A program made the translations under genes and the position numbers. The notes below the pieces were generated by a model, which made no database searches, was not told the origin of the DNA, and saw only the letters and a program-made list of their open reading frames with translations. This document shows positions 7,661 to 15,784 of a DNA stretch of 64,000 bases, piece after piece (within the stretch, counting starts at the first letter, position 1; the number at the start of each line of letters is the position of its first letter). The stretch is from the sequence record NC_048045.1, one strand, 5' to 3'.

Positions 7661-8884
7661 TTATGCGTTGAGGCTGAGCATGCGGTCCACGATGAAGGCG
7701 TGGTCCTCGAAGGTGTTGGACGGGTCGATCTCGGAGATCGGGTCCCAGTCGGCGGCGGCGGCGTCGTCGTGCCCCTTGACCACCGGCAGGCTCAGGCCCA
7801 GCGCCGGCGGCGGGATGAGGAAGTGGAAAGCGGTCGAGATGATGTGGGCGCGCCGCGAGCGGTGCGGATCGTCAAAGACCTGGGGCTCGCCGACCAGGAA
7901 GCGGCGAAGCTCCTCCATGGCCTTGACCACGTAGCCCGGCGCGGCCGGCGGGCGCAGGCCCAGCTTCTCGGCCTGCTTGCAGGCGGCGAGCCAGTGGACG
8001 AAGTTGGGATAGTCCCGCTCGGAAATGAACAGCGCGGTCTCTTCGATGATCTCGCGCAGGCAGTTGGCCAGCAGCGAGGAGCCGGCGTTGACGAAGCCGC
8101 CGGGCAGGGCCTTCATGCCCAGCCCCTCGGCGCCGCCGCGCTCGATCCGCAGAACGTGACCGGCGCACTCGACCACGCCGTCGACGGCCAGGAACGGACC
8201 CGGCCCCCAGCGTTCGCGGTAGGCGTCCTCGGCCTTCTTCTGGTCGAGCAGGTAGGCGTAGACCTTCTTGTCGCGGAACCGCTCCAGGAAGTCGATGGTG
8301 CTCGGATAGAGCAGATCGGTCCAGGCATGGCCCCGGTCGCTCCAGGCGGTGTCGCGGAAGTTGACCCCGCCGGCGAAGTAGGCTTGACGCAGAGCCGTGG
8401 CGTTGACGCCGTTGTCCTCGACCGGGGTATAGGGCCATTGCGGGAACCAAGTCAGGTATTCGCTGGTGGCGTCGCGGACGTTGCCGATCAGGGTGACGCG
8501 CGGGCGCAGCACCTTGGTGGCGTTCTTGACGTGCTGCTGGACCTGGGCGATCCACTCGTTCTTGCCATAGGGGCCGGTGTCGTTGAGCGCGATCACCTCG
8601 GTGTTCGACAGGTGATGCAGGATGCGCTCGCCGGTGATCTCGACATCGCTATCTTCGACCTCCTCGCGGGCCAGATCGCTGAGCCCGTTGAGGATCATCT
8701 CCTTGCGTTCCTCGAACACGAAGGGATTGCGCGTGTCGCGGGCGAGGTTGGCCGAGCCGATGAACCAGAGGACCTTGCGGGCCTTCTTGCGCGCCGCCTG
8801 ATACAGGCGGAAGTGGCCGAGCTTGGTCGGCATTTGCGCCCGCGTGATCAGCACCGCGATGTCGTACTCGAAATCCACCATCAC
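7661..8884 (-). CDS. nadM: Bifunctional NMN adenylyltransferase / Nudix hydrolase
   Basis: TKLGH (HxGH-like), GSANLARDTRNPFVFEER, VNATALR, ALPGGFV..REIIEET, FEDHAFIV. Confidence 0.9.
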   Translation of the reverse strand: MMVDFEYDIAVLITRAQMPTKLGHFRLYQAARKKARKVLWFIGSANLARDTRNPFVFEERKEMILNGLSDLAREEVEDSDVEITGERILHHLSNTEVIALNDTGPYGKNEWIAQVQQHVKNATKVLRPRVTLIGNVRDATSEYLTWFPQWPYTPVEDNGVNATALRQAYFAGGVNFRDTAWSDRGHAWTDLLYPSTIDFLERFRDKKVYAYLLDQKKAEDAYRERWGPGPFLAVDGVVECAGHVLRIERGGAEGLGMKALPGGFVNAGSSLLANCLREIIEETALFISERDYPNFVHWLAACKQAEKLGLRPPAAPGYVVKAMEELRRFLVGEPQVFDDPHRSRRAHIISTAFHFLIPPPALGLSLPVVKGHDDAAAADWDPISEIDPSNTFEDHAFIVDRMLSLNA

Positions 8885-9336
8885 CTCCTAAAGGCCGGGC
8901 GGATGCGCCGGGCCGGCTTGTTCTCGGTCAATTCCCGCCCGCTGAAGGGCGGGAAGGAAAGCTCGCTGATGCCGTTCTGCCGGATGGCGAACTGGCGCTT
9001 CTTGGTGTCGATCCCGTCGAGGTGCGTGCTGCGCCGCCGCTCGATGAGTTCGAGGTCGACGACGTCACCAAACACCTTGCCGTGGAAAATCTGCCGCCGC
9101 GCCCAGGTGATGGCCGAACCCAGGTGCTCGAAGGTCCTGGTCTTCTCGGCCTCCAGGAGGCTGGCGCCGTCATGGAAGGACGGGTCCACCCACGACAGCT
9201 TGATTTCCCGCGCCGGGAGAGACTTGACCAGGACGTTGATGGGCTCGTAGCCGAAACGCTGGGCAAAGTCGCCCACGTCGTAGCTCTCGATGTCCAGCAC
9301 CACCATGGTGATCGGCTTGGTCGTTACGGACGACAC
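8881..9336 (-). CDS. Hypothetical protein
   Basis: GTG start with GGAGGG RBS; overlaps nadM start. Confidence 0.7.
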   Translation of the reverse strand: MSSVTTKPITMVVLDIESYDVGDFAQRFGYEPINVLVKSLPAREIKLSWVDPSFHDGASLLEAEKTRTFEHLGSAITWARRQIFHGKVFGDVVDLELIERRRSTHLDGIDTKKRQFAIRQNGISELSFPPFSGRELTENKPARRIRPAFRR

Positions 9337-9366
9337 TATCGATTTCCCTCCGGCTTTGTCAACGCT

Positions 9367-9843
9367 TTAACGCAGGAGCTTGAGCGAGGCCGGCGCGTGG
9401 TACTTGAACGACGACTCGGTGATCGGTCCAATTCCGACGAAGGTCACGGTGGGCTTGTCGAAAACGGTCCGGCCGGCGTCCACGACCAGGGTCGCGCCAG
9501 AGTAATCGCGGAACCGCTCGTAGAGGGCTTCCAGTTCTTCGTTGGTGCCGGTGTGGAGCGCGATCTTCGCCGCCGACTGCGAGTAGCGGTACTGGCGCGC
9601 GGTCTTCGGAAATCGCTCCATGGCGTCCCACCACGCATGCAGATAGGCGTGTCCAGCCTGGGCGGAGAGCTTGCCGATGTTAAGGGACTTGTCCTCCGGC
9701 TTGCGGCTGCGCTTGGCCACGGTCATCGCGTCGAGCGCTTCCTGGCTGACGATGGCGTAGAGTCGCAGTTCCGCCTTGGGCTTGCCGGCGAAGCAGGCCA
9801 TCAGAAGGTCCCAGGCGTGCAGCCAGTTGTCGATGAATTTCAT
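9367..9843 (-). CDS. pth2: Peptidyl-tRNA hydrolase, Pth2 family
   Basis: GKLSAQAGHA, KIAL, VVDAGRTVF, TVTFVGIGP. Confidence 0.87.
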   Translation of the reverse strand: MKFIDNWLHAWDLLMACFAGKPKAELRLYAIVSQEALDAMTVAKRSRKPEDKSLNIGKLSAQAGHAYLHAWWDAMERFPKTARQYRYSQSAAKIALHTGTNEELEALYERFRDYSGATLVVDAGRTVFDKPTVTFVGIGPITESSFKYHAPASLKLLR

Positions 9844-10283
9844 GCCCGCAAGGCCCTTTCATAGTGATCCTCCAGCGCGATGGCCGCGTCGAAGGCGATG
9901 TCGATGAGGTCCTCGTTGATGATGACCTCGCAGGAGCGATGGAGGCTGACCATCGCCAGGGATTCGTAGGCCTTGTTGAGGGCGCTCAGCGTCTTGAGGT
10001 TCAGGGCCAGACGATCCAGCAGCTTGACGCCATAGACCTCAGGGCCGAATGGTCCCTTGTGGGTGTAGAGCCGTTTCTTGACCTTCGGGAAGGTCTCCCA
10101 GTCCTTGACGTGCAGGTCGGCCATCAGGTCGGCGGTCTGCTCGATCAGCACCACATAGCGCATCAGCTTGCGCAAGCGCGCCTGGATGTCGTCGGACTTG
10201 GCCGTCGGCGGAGGATCGCGACAATCCTCCGCCTCATAGGCCGCCAGCATCCGCGCTCGATACAGAACGTCGGCGATCGCCAC
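9840..10283 (-). CDS. Hypothetical protein
   Basis: ORF in co-directional string. Confidence 0.7.
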   Translation of the reverse strand: MAIADVLYRARMLAAYEAEDCRDPPPTAKSDDIQARLRKLMRYVVLIEQTADLMADLHVKDWETFPKVKKRLYTHKGPFGPEVYGVKLLDRLALNLKTLSALNKAYESLAMVSLHRSCEVIINEDLIDIAFDAAIALEDHYERALRA

Positions 10284-10286
10284 CGA

Positions 10287-10718
10287 TTAGGCCTCGGGGG
10301 TCGGGGCTTCGGTTTCCGGCTCGGCGGTGGTCTTGGCCTTACCCTTGGCGCCCGTCGTCGGCGAAGCCTGCGGCTCGTCAACCATCGGCGCGGCCGGCGT
10401 CTCGACCTGCACCGGCTCGACGTCGGCCGGGACGTCGACCGCCGCGTAGTCGGCCTCGAACGCGGCCGGCTTCAGGATCAGCATCTCGTAGTCGTTCTCG
10501 CCGCGCGGGATGCGCACGATGTAGTCGTCCTGGGTCGCCGAGGCGATCTGGCCGTTGATCGGCACCAGCAGCTTGCCGACCGCATCCTTGCCGACGCTCA
10601 TGGTGCCCATGGCGGTGTAGGCGGAGTGCTTGGTCAGCCATTCCGGCAGGTCTTCCAGGCGCTGGAAGGTGTATTGGACCGCGTCGACGGTCACGGGCAG
10701 GCGGGTGTACTTGCTCAA
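10287..10718 (-). CDS. Hypothetical phage protein
   Basis: KYTRLPVTVDAVQY..ATQDDYIVR..ILKPAAFEADY pattern common in phage proteins; A/P/E-rich tail. Confidence 0.75.
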   Translation of the reverse strand: MSKYTRLPVTVDAVQYTFQRLEDLPEWLTKHSAYTAMGTMSVGKDAVGKLLVPINGQIASATQDDYIVRIPRGENDYEMLILKPAAFEADYAAVDVPADVEPVQVETPAAPMVDEPQASPTTGAKGKAKTTAEPETEAPTPEA

Positions 10719-10727
10719 GGATAGCTC

Positions 10728-11312
10728 CTACTGGGGTTGGGCCGGCGCCGGGATGGCGAAGGCAAGGGATTGTTCGACCAGGGCCAAGAGGTCGGTTACC
10801 AGCTTGGGATTGAGGTCGTCCTCGGTCAGGGCGGCGGCGACGGCGTTGATCCGCGACCACGTGAAGTCCTCGGTCAGGCCAAGGTTGTGGAGGCGCAGCA
10901 GGGTCTCGCCGTGGATCGCCACGACGCCGGAAAGGTCACGCAGGTTGCGCAAGGTCAGCAGCCGCTCGGAAAGCATCTTGATCGCGCTGCCCGAGGGCGC
11001 CAGGAGCAGGCGCATCCAGTCGCCGCCGGGGTCGTCGCCCCGGCGCAGGTCCGGATGGTCCAGGGTCGCGCCCCAGATCACCGCGTGGGCTTTGGCGGCC
11101 AGCGACTGCCGGCGCTTGGCGATGGCCTCGGCTTCCTTGGCTTCGCGCTGGGCGGTCAGGAAGGTGGCGATGATCGCCGAGGGAAAGATCGCCACGAGGA
11201 AGAAGGCGAGGCGGTCGGTCCAGACCGCGTGCGGCGTGATCACGTTCATGGCCGTGCCGATCAGCACCGTGGGATAGATCAGGCCGCCGTGGCGGTGGAT
11301 GAACTTGATCAT
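10728..11312 (-). CDS. Hypothetical membrane protein
   Basis: Two N-terminal hydrophobic segments; GGAGG RBS; first gene after a promoter. Confidence 0.75.
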   Translation of the reverse strand: MIKFIHRHGGLIYPTVLIGTAMNVITPHAVWTDRLAFFLVAIFPSAIIATFLTAQREAKEAEAIAKRRQSLAAKAHAVIWGATLDHPDLRRGDDPGGDWMRLLLAPSGSAIKMLSERLLTLRNLRDLSGVVAIHGETLLRLHNLGLTEDFTWSRINAVAAALTEDDLNPKLVTDLLALVEQSLAFAIPAPAQPQ

Positions 11313-11350
11313 GAAAAGGGCCTCCGGCGTTGTCGTCGGAGGCCCTTCTA
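11310..11350 (-). repeat. 41-nt exact repeat, copy 1 (copy 2 at 63152-63192, plus strand)
   Basis: TAGAAGGGCCTCCGACGACAACGCCGGAGGCCCTTTTCATG is identical in both places. Confidence 0.9.
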
Positions 11351-11387
11351 GCGAGTCGGTGTCAGGCTGTCAACACATGTCAGCCAG
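11316..11387 (-). promoter_or_regulatory. Phage promoter family member
   Basis: TGGCT-N6-TGTTGACA-N17-TAGAAG-N7-GACGACAAC-GGAGG. Confidence 0.8.
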
Positions 11388-11994
11388 CCGCAGCCACCAA
11401 CTTCTCGATGCGGTTGAAGCCCAGTTCGAGCCGGCCCCAGAAGGCGCTCGGCACGTGCGGCTTGACGACCTCGGTGAAGCGCGCGCGCTCCTTGAGGTAC
11501 ATCTTGGCCATGCCCAGGTGAGGCGCCTGGGTCGCCGGGTCCTTGATCGACGCCTCGACGTTGGCGATCCGGTCGGCCAGCTTCAGGATGCAGGCCTCGG
11601 GGTTCTCGCCGAGCTTGCGATAGATGTCCTCGTTGCGGGACTTGCGGTTGGGACCGATGCCCGAGACCGCCCAGACCAGCGCCGCGACGCGGTCGCCGAA
11701 CTTGTCCTCGATCATCTGACGGCGGGCCTCGGGCGTCATGTCGAGGTGGGTGTCCTCGATCACGTCGTGCAGCTTGGCCGCCGCCGTCCAGGTGAAGCCG
11801 GCATAGCCGAAATCGTCCAGGATGCGCTCGACCTTCTGGAGGTGGTAGAGGTAGGGCTGGCCGGCGTACTGCTGATCGCCGTGCGCGGCGATGGCGAACT
11901 TCGTCGGGTCCTCCTGGTGGAAGCCGCCGGGCGCGCCGACGTCCGCCATCAGGTTGGCCAGTTGGTCGGGATCGGACAGGGGCGTGTCGGTCAT
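11380..11994 (-). CDS. HD-domain hydrolase, RelA/SpoT/Mesh1-like (small alarmone hydrolase candidate)
   Basis: AHGDQ..PYLYH, AAKLHDVIEDT, FGDRVAALV, LKLADRIAN. Confidence 0.85.
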   Translation of the reverse strand: MTDTPLSDPDQLANLMADVGAPGGFHQEDPTKFAIAAHGDQQYAGQPYLYHLQKVERILDDFGYAGFTWTAAAKLHDVIEDTHLDMTPEARRQMIEDKFGDRVAALVWAVSGIGPNRKSRNEDIYRKLGENPEACILKLADRIANVEASIKDPATQAPHLGMAKMYLKERARFTEVVKPHVPSAFWGRLELGFNRIEKLVAAAG

Positions 11995-12398
11995 GACGTT
12001 TTCTCGGGGATCAGGGTGAAGACTTCCACGCCCTCGTCGATGCGCATGTGGTGCGTCGGCGGGTGGGCGGGGTTGTAGCGGATGTAGCCGGCGAGGCCGC
12101 CGTCGATCATCGCGCCGCCGCGCTCCTGGTAGTCGTGGCGGAAGCGCGAGACCAGGAACGAGCCATCGGCGAGCTTGATGGCCGAGAACACCGCCTCGCG
12201 GATCGAGGCCGCCGAGGTAATGTAGACGCCCTCTTTGAGGGGATGGACGAACAACCCGAAGTAGTTGTCGTGGCCCTGCGACCGATCCGGCGTCTCGGTG
12301 TAGAAGACGTAGAACGGACCCTCCCGATCGGGGAGGTCATAGTAGCCCACGTACTTGGCGTTGTAGCGCTCTTCGGCGACTTTGACGTTGATGCCCAT
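11991..12398 (-). CDS. Hypothetical protein
   Basis: ORF with overlaps on both sides; SRFRHDY and MIDGG motifs. Confidence 0.75.
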   Translation of the reverse strand: MGINVKVAEERYNAKYVGYYDLPDREGPFYVFYTETPDRSQGHDNYFGLFVHPLKEGVYITSAASIREAVFSAIKLADGSFLVSRFRHDYQERGGAMIDGGLAGYIRYNPAHPPTHHMRIDEGVEVFTLIPEKTS

Positions 12399-12898
12399 CA
12401 GGCGACCCTCAGGAATTCACCCCACGCGGGGGCGGCGTATTTCAGATAGGCCTCGTGCGCGGCCTCCGGCGTACTATAGCGTCCCAGGAAGCGATAGACA
12501 CCATGAATGGTGATCTGGGCCTGGAACGGCTTGCTCTTGCATCGGCACTTGGTCACGCCCTTGGGCAGGGCGCCGATCGGGCGGCGGTTGACGAGGTTCT
12601 GCGACCGCGTGGCCTTCCGGAGGTTCTTGATCCGGTTGTTGCGGCGGTTGCAGTCCTCGTGGTCGACGTCATGGTCGGGGACGACCCCGTGGTGGAGCGC
12701 CCAGGCCAGCTTGTGGGCGGCGATCTGGATGCGGCGGCCCTCGTAGGGGACCTTGATCACCCGGTAGCCGTCCTGGTTGACCGTGCCCAGGCGCTTGCGG
12801 GTCTTGGAACCCCGCAGATAGATGGCGCCGGACGAGGCCTCATAGCGGTAGCGCGCCTTGAGGTACTCGACCGGGATGACGTACTCTGCCCCCGACAT
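12398..12898 (-). CDS. HNH endonuclease with AP2-like domain (free-standing homing endonuclease)
   Basis: AHKLAW, VDHEDCNRRNNRIKNLRKATRSQN, GV..FQAQITIHG...FLGRYSTPEAAHEAY; start moved to MSGAEY. Confidence 0.88.
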   Translation of the reverse strand: MSGAEYVIPVEYLKARYRYEASSGAIYLRGSKTRKRLGTVNQDGYRVIKVPYEGRRIQIAAHKLAWALHHGVVPDHDVDHEDCNRRNNRIKNLRKATRSQNLVNRRPIGALPKGVTKCRCKSKPFQAQITIHGVYRFLGRYSTPEAAHEAYLKYAAPAWGEFLRVA

Positions 12899-12902
12899 GG
12901 GA

Positions 12903-13142
12903 TCAATCCTTCTTGGCGTACCGCTTGAAGAGGAGATAGAAGCCATAGGCGACCAGCGCCCCGAGCCAGCAGAACCACAGGATCGCCGCCTGCCCCAGGG
13001 TCATGAAGAAGAACCCGATCTTCCAGTCGTCGTTGAACCGGTTCTCCCGGTTCTCCCGGACCTGGGGGTAGTCGATGGCGTAGCGGTAGCCGATCCTGGC
13101 CAAAGCGATCAGGCCGCCCAGGATGAAATAGATGTCCTGCAT
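12903..13142 (-). CDS. Small membrane protein
   Basis: Two hydrophobic segments, basic C-terminus. Confidence 0.7.
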   Translation of the reverse strand: MQDIYFILGGLIALARIGYRYAIDYPQVRENRENRFNDDWKIGFFFMTLGQAAILWFCWLGALVAYGFYLLFKRYAKKD

Positions 13143-13149
13143 GGCGGAC

Positions 13150-13425
13150 CTACTTCGTCGAGGCGTTGTCGAGGGCGTCGACGCCCTTTTCAGCCAGGGC
13201 GCCCAGCTTCTTGCGCACGAAGAAGAACACGCCGGCCCAGAAGCCCAGGAACAGCGCCAGCGGCCAGATCAGGCCGATGATGATCCCGGCGATGCCGAAG
13301 AAGAAGCAGTAGACGCCGATGCCTTCGTAGTCGGTGATCCCCAGCTTGCGGAACACCGCCGGGAAGACGGTCGCGGCGGCGGCCCAGACGCCGGCGCAGA
13401 TGAAGAGCGCGGTGAGGAAATACAT
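13150..13425 (-). CDS. Small membrane protein
   Basis: Two to three hydrophobic segments. Confidence 0.7.
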   Translation of the reverse strand: MYFLTALFICAGVWAAAATVFPAVFRKLGITDYEGIGVYCFFFGIAGIIIGLIWPLALFLGFWAGVFFFVRKKLGALAEKGVDALDNASTK

Positions 13426-13727
13426 CAGGTCGGTTCCTTTTCGAGCCCGTGATCGGGGTCGTACTTGACGAGGATGCCGTCTTCGTTCCGGTGCTCCATC
13501 AGGGGCAGGCCGGAGACGAACTGCGGCACGAAGAGGTCGCGGCGCGGCTGCTGGAGCCAGATGAGGCCGGTCTCGGCCACCTGCGCGCGCTCGGCCGGCG
13601 AAAGCTCCCAGCAGGAGATCACACCCTCGGGGCCGGTGTAGGTGTGCAGCGGGATGACCGAGTCCTCGTTGCCCGGCGCCGGGTTCCAGACCTTGTTGGA
13701 GCCGGCGAAGTTACGCGGCGTGGCCAT
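13425..13727 (-). CDS. Hypothetical protein
   Basis: VISCWELSPAERAQVAETGLIWL pattern; overlaps neighbours. Confidence 0.7.
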   Translation of the reverse strand: MATPRNFAGSNKVWNPAPGNEDSVIPLHTYTGPEGVISCWELSPAERAQVAETGLIWLQQPRRDLFVPQFVSGLPLMEHRNEDGILVKYDPDHGLEKEPT

Positions 13728-13959
13728 GTTTGGACCCCTTGTTGACGAAGAACCAGATCGCCAGCGCGATCAGGAAGCCGGGCACGGCCAGGGGCCACGC
13801 GAAGGTGACTCCCAGGAAGACGAAGACGCCCAAGAAGACCGCACCGACCGCGTCGGAGAGCTTGAGCACCCCGTCCTTGGTCTCGTGCTTGATCGCCCAA
13901 AAGAGCGCGCCCAGGCCGGCAATCACGCCGACGACGAGAGAGAAGAGGATGTACTTCAA
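13711..13959 (-). CDS. Small membrane protein
   Basis: TTG start; three hydrophobic segments. Confidence 0.65.
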   Translation of the reverse strand: MKYILFSLVVGVIAGLGALFWAIKHETKDGVLKLSDAVGAVFLGVFVFLGVTFAWPLAVPGFLIALAIWFFVNKGSKHGHAA

Positions 13960-14339
13960 AGCAGCCCCGCCGCCTGCTTGGCGGCCTCCTTAGCTTGAAC
14001 CTTCTCGTGGGAGAGGGTCTTGACGCGGTTGATCTCGTCGGCTTCGCAGCCGTCGGCGCTGATCCCGAGGTTCTCGCAAAGCGTGTAGAGTGACAGCAGC
14101 AGCCCGCCGACCTCCTCCTTGACCTCGCCGACCGGGCGGCTGAAGGTCCATTCGGCTTGGCGGATCACATCTTCCTTCGTCAGGCCCTGGGTCTGGACGA
14201 GTTCCATGCACTCCTCCAGCGTCCGGAAAGCCTGGATGCGGCGGTTGAAGACGCGGCCCGTCAGGACCTCCTCAACCCACTTCCAGCACCACGTCTGACG
14301 CTTGGCCCGGTGCTCGTGGCACGCGTCCACCTCGGTCAT
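13956..14339 (-). CDS. MazG-like all-alpha NTP pyrophosphohydrolase
   Basis: RTLEECMELVQ..FSRPVGEVKEEVGGLLLSL (EExxE...E pattern); the ORF track fuses it to a spurious upstream frame. Confidence 0.65.
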   Translation of the reverse strand: MTEVDACHEHRAKRQTWCWKWVEEVLTGRVFNRRIQAFRTLEECMELVQTQGLTKEDVIRQAEWTFSRPVGEVKEEVGGLLLSLYTLCENLGISADGCEADEINRVKTLSHEKVQAKEAAKQAAGLL

Positions 14340-14482
14340 CACTTGCCCCATCCGAAAGCCTTCCACAGAGATTGGCCGGTGTCGCGCGAGCAGCGCCACG
14401 GGCGGATGACGAGGACCGAGGCGATGACGGCGACGATCATGTAGATCGCCGCCGCCCGCCCGAGGATGTCGAGCAACGCCAT
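14339..14482 (-). CDS. Small membrane protein (47 aa, below track cut-off)
   Basis: MALLDILGRAAAIYMIVAVIASVLVIRPW...; TGATG coupling to the next gene. Confidence 0.6.
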   Translation of the reverse strand: MALLDILGRAAAIYMIVAVIASVLVIRPWRCSRDTGQSLWKAFGWGK

Positions 14483-14485
14483 CGA

Positions 14486-15718
14486 CTAGCCCTTCACGCA
14501 GAGGACTTGCTTCAGGGTGTGGACGATGTCCACGAGGTCCTTCTGCGCCTCCATGACCGCGTCGATGTCCTTGTAGGCCATCGGGATTTCGTCGATCACG
14601 CCGATGTCCTTGCGGCACTCGACGCCTTCGGTCGCCTTGATCTGGTCTTCCAGCGTGAAGGCCGCCTTGGCGGCGGTGCGCGACATGGTCCGGCCCGCGC
14701 CGTGCGAGCACGAGCAGAACGAGTCGGCGTTGCCCTTGCCGCGCACGATGTAGGACTTGGCCCCCATCGAGCCGGGGATGATGCCGAACTGGTCCTTCTG
14801 AGCCGACACCGCGCCCTTGCGGGTCACGAAGACCCACTCGTCGAAGTGGAACTCCTTCTGGACGTAGTTGTGGTGGCAGTTCACCGCTTCCTTGTCCGTC
14901 TTGAAGGGCGGCAGGCCCGAGGCGCGCATGGCGTCCAGGACCCGGATCATCATCATCTCGCGGTTGATCCGCGCGAAGTCCTGGCCCCAGGCGACGGCTT
15001 CCACGTAGTCGTAGAATTCCGGCTCGCCTTCCGACAGCCACGCGAGGTCCTTGTCGAGCGGCTTCTGGCCGTCCCGACGCAGCATCATCTCCTTGGCCTT
15101 CTCGATGAAGATACGACCGATGGTGTTGCCGACGCCGCGCGAGCCCGAGTGGAGCATCACCCAGACGCGCTGGTCCTCGTCGAGGCAGACCTCGATGAAG
15201 TGGTTGCCGCCGCCCAGCGTGCCCAGTTGGACGACGCTGTTGGCGTTCTTGAGGGCCTTGTACTTGTCGCAGAGCTTCTCGAACCGAGCCTCCAGGCCCG
15301 AGTCGACCCACTTGCGCATGATCGAGTTCGGGATGCCGCTGCGCCCGTTCCAGCCGCCCGACGGACCCGGCCCGCCGTGCGGGACGGCGTGCTCGATCAG
15401 CGAGCGCAGCTTGGCGAGGCTGTCGGGCAGGTCCGAGGCCGTCAGCGAGGTGCGCACGGCCATCATGCCGCAGCCGATGTCCACGCCCACGGCCGCCGGG
15501 ATGATGGCGCCCTTGGTCGGGATCACCGAGCCCACGGTCGAGCCGATGCCCATGTGGACGTCCGGCATCAGGGCCACGTGCGAATGGATGAACGGCAGGG
15601 CGGCGAGGTTGTGCGCCTGCACCTGGGCGGGTTGTTCGAAGGTCACGCCCCGGACCCAGGCCTTGATCACCCCGCCGTTCCAGCCGGTGATCTCTTCGTA
15701 TTGGGTCTCGGCGGTCAT
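14486..15718 (-). CDS. rtcB: RNA ligase RtcB (tRNA-splicing/repair ligase)
   Basis: MPDVHMG, VGVDIGCG, LGTLGGGNHF, HSGSRG, HHNY, RKGA, IPGSMG, SHGAGR, DEIPMAYKDI. Confidence 0.97.
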   Translation of the reverse strand: MTAETQYEEITGWNGGVIKAWVRGVTFEQPAQVQAHNLAALPFIHSHVALMPDVHMGIGSTVGSVIPTKGAIIPAAVGVDIGCGMMAVRTSLTASDLPDSLAKLRSLIEHAVPHGGPGPSGGWNGRSGIPNSIMRKWVDSGLEARFEKLCDKYKALKNANSVVQLGTLGGGNHFIEVCLDEDQRVWVMLHSGSRGVGNTIGRIFIEKAKEMMLRRDGQKPLDKDLAWLSEGEPEFYDYVEAVAWGQDFARINREMMMIRVLDAMRASGLPPFKTDKEAVNCHHNYVQKEFHFDEWVFVTRKGAVSAQKDQFGIIPGSMGAKSYIVRGKGNADSFCSCSHGAGRTMSRTAAKAAFTLEDQIKATEGVECRKDIGVIDEIPMAYKDIDAVMEAQKDLVDIVHTLKQVLCVKG

Positions 15719-15722
15719 GTGC

Positions 15723-15784
15723 TCCTCGCTGCCGTTGTCGTGATTTACGACTTTTGACCACGCCCTTCGTCGTCTGTCAACACA
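15723..15784 (-). promoter_or_regulatory. Phage promoter family member (variant) upstream of rtcB
   Basis: TGTTGACA-N17-TCAAAA, then ACGACAAC and AGGAG. Confidence 0.6.

Noticed and set aside
13956-15761. 601-aa ORF overlapping rtcB
   Set aside because: Alternative frame of rtcB; only the final 127 aa look real.
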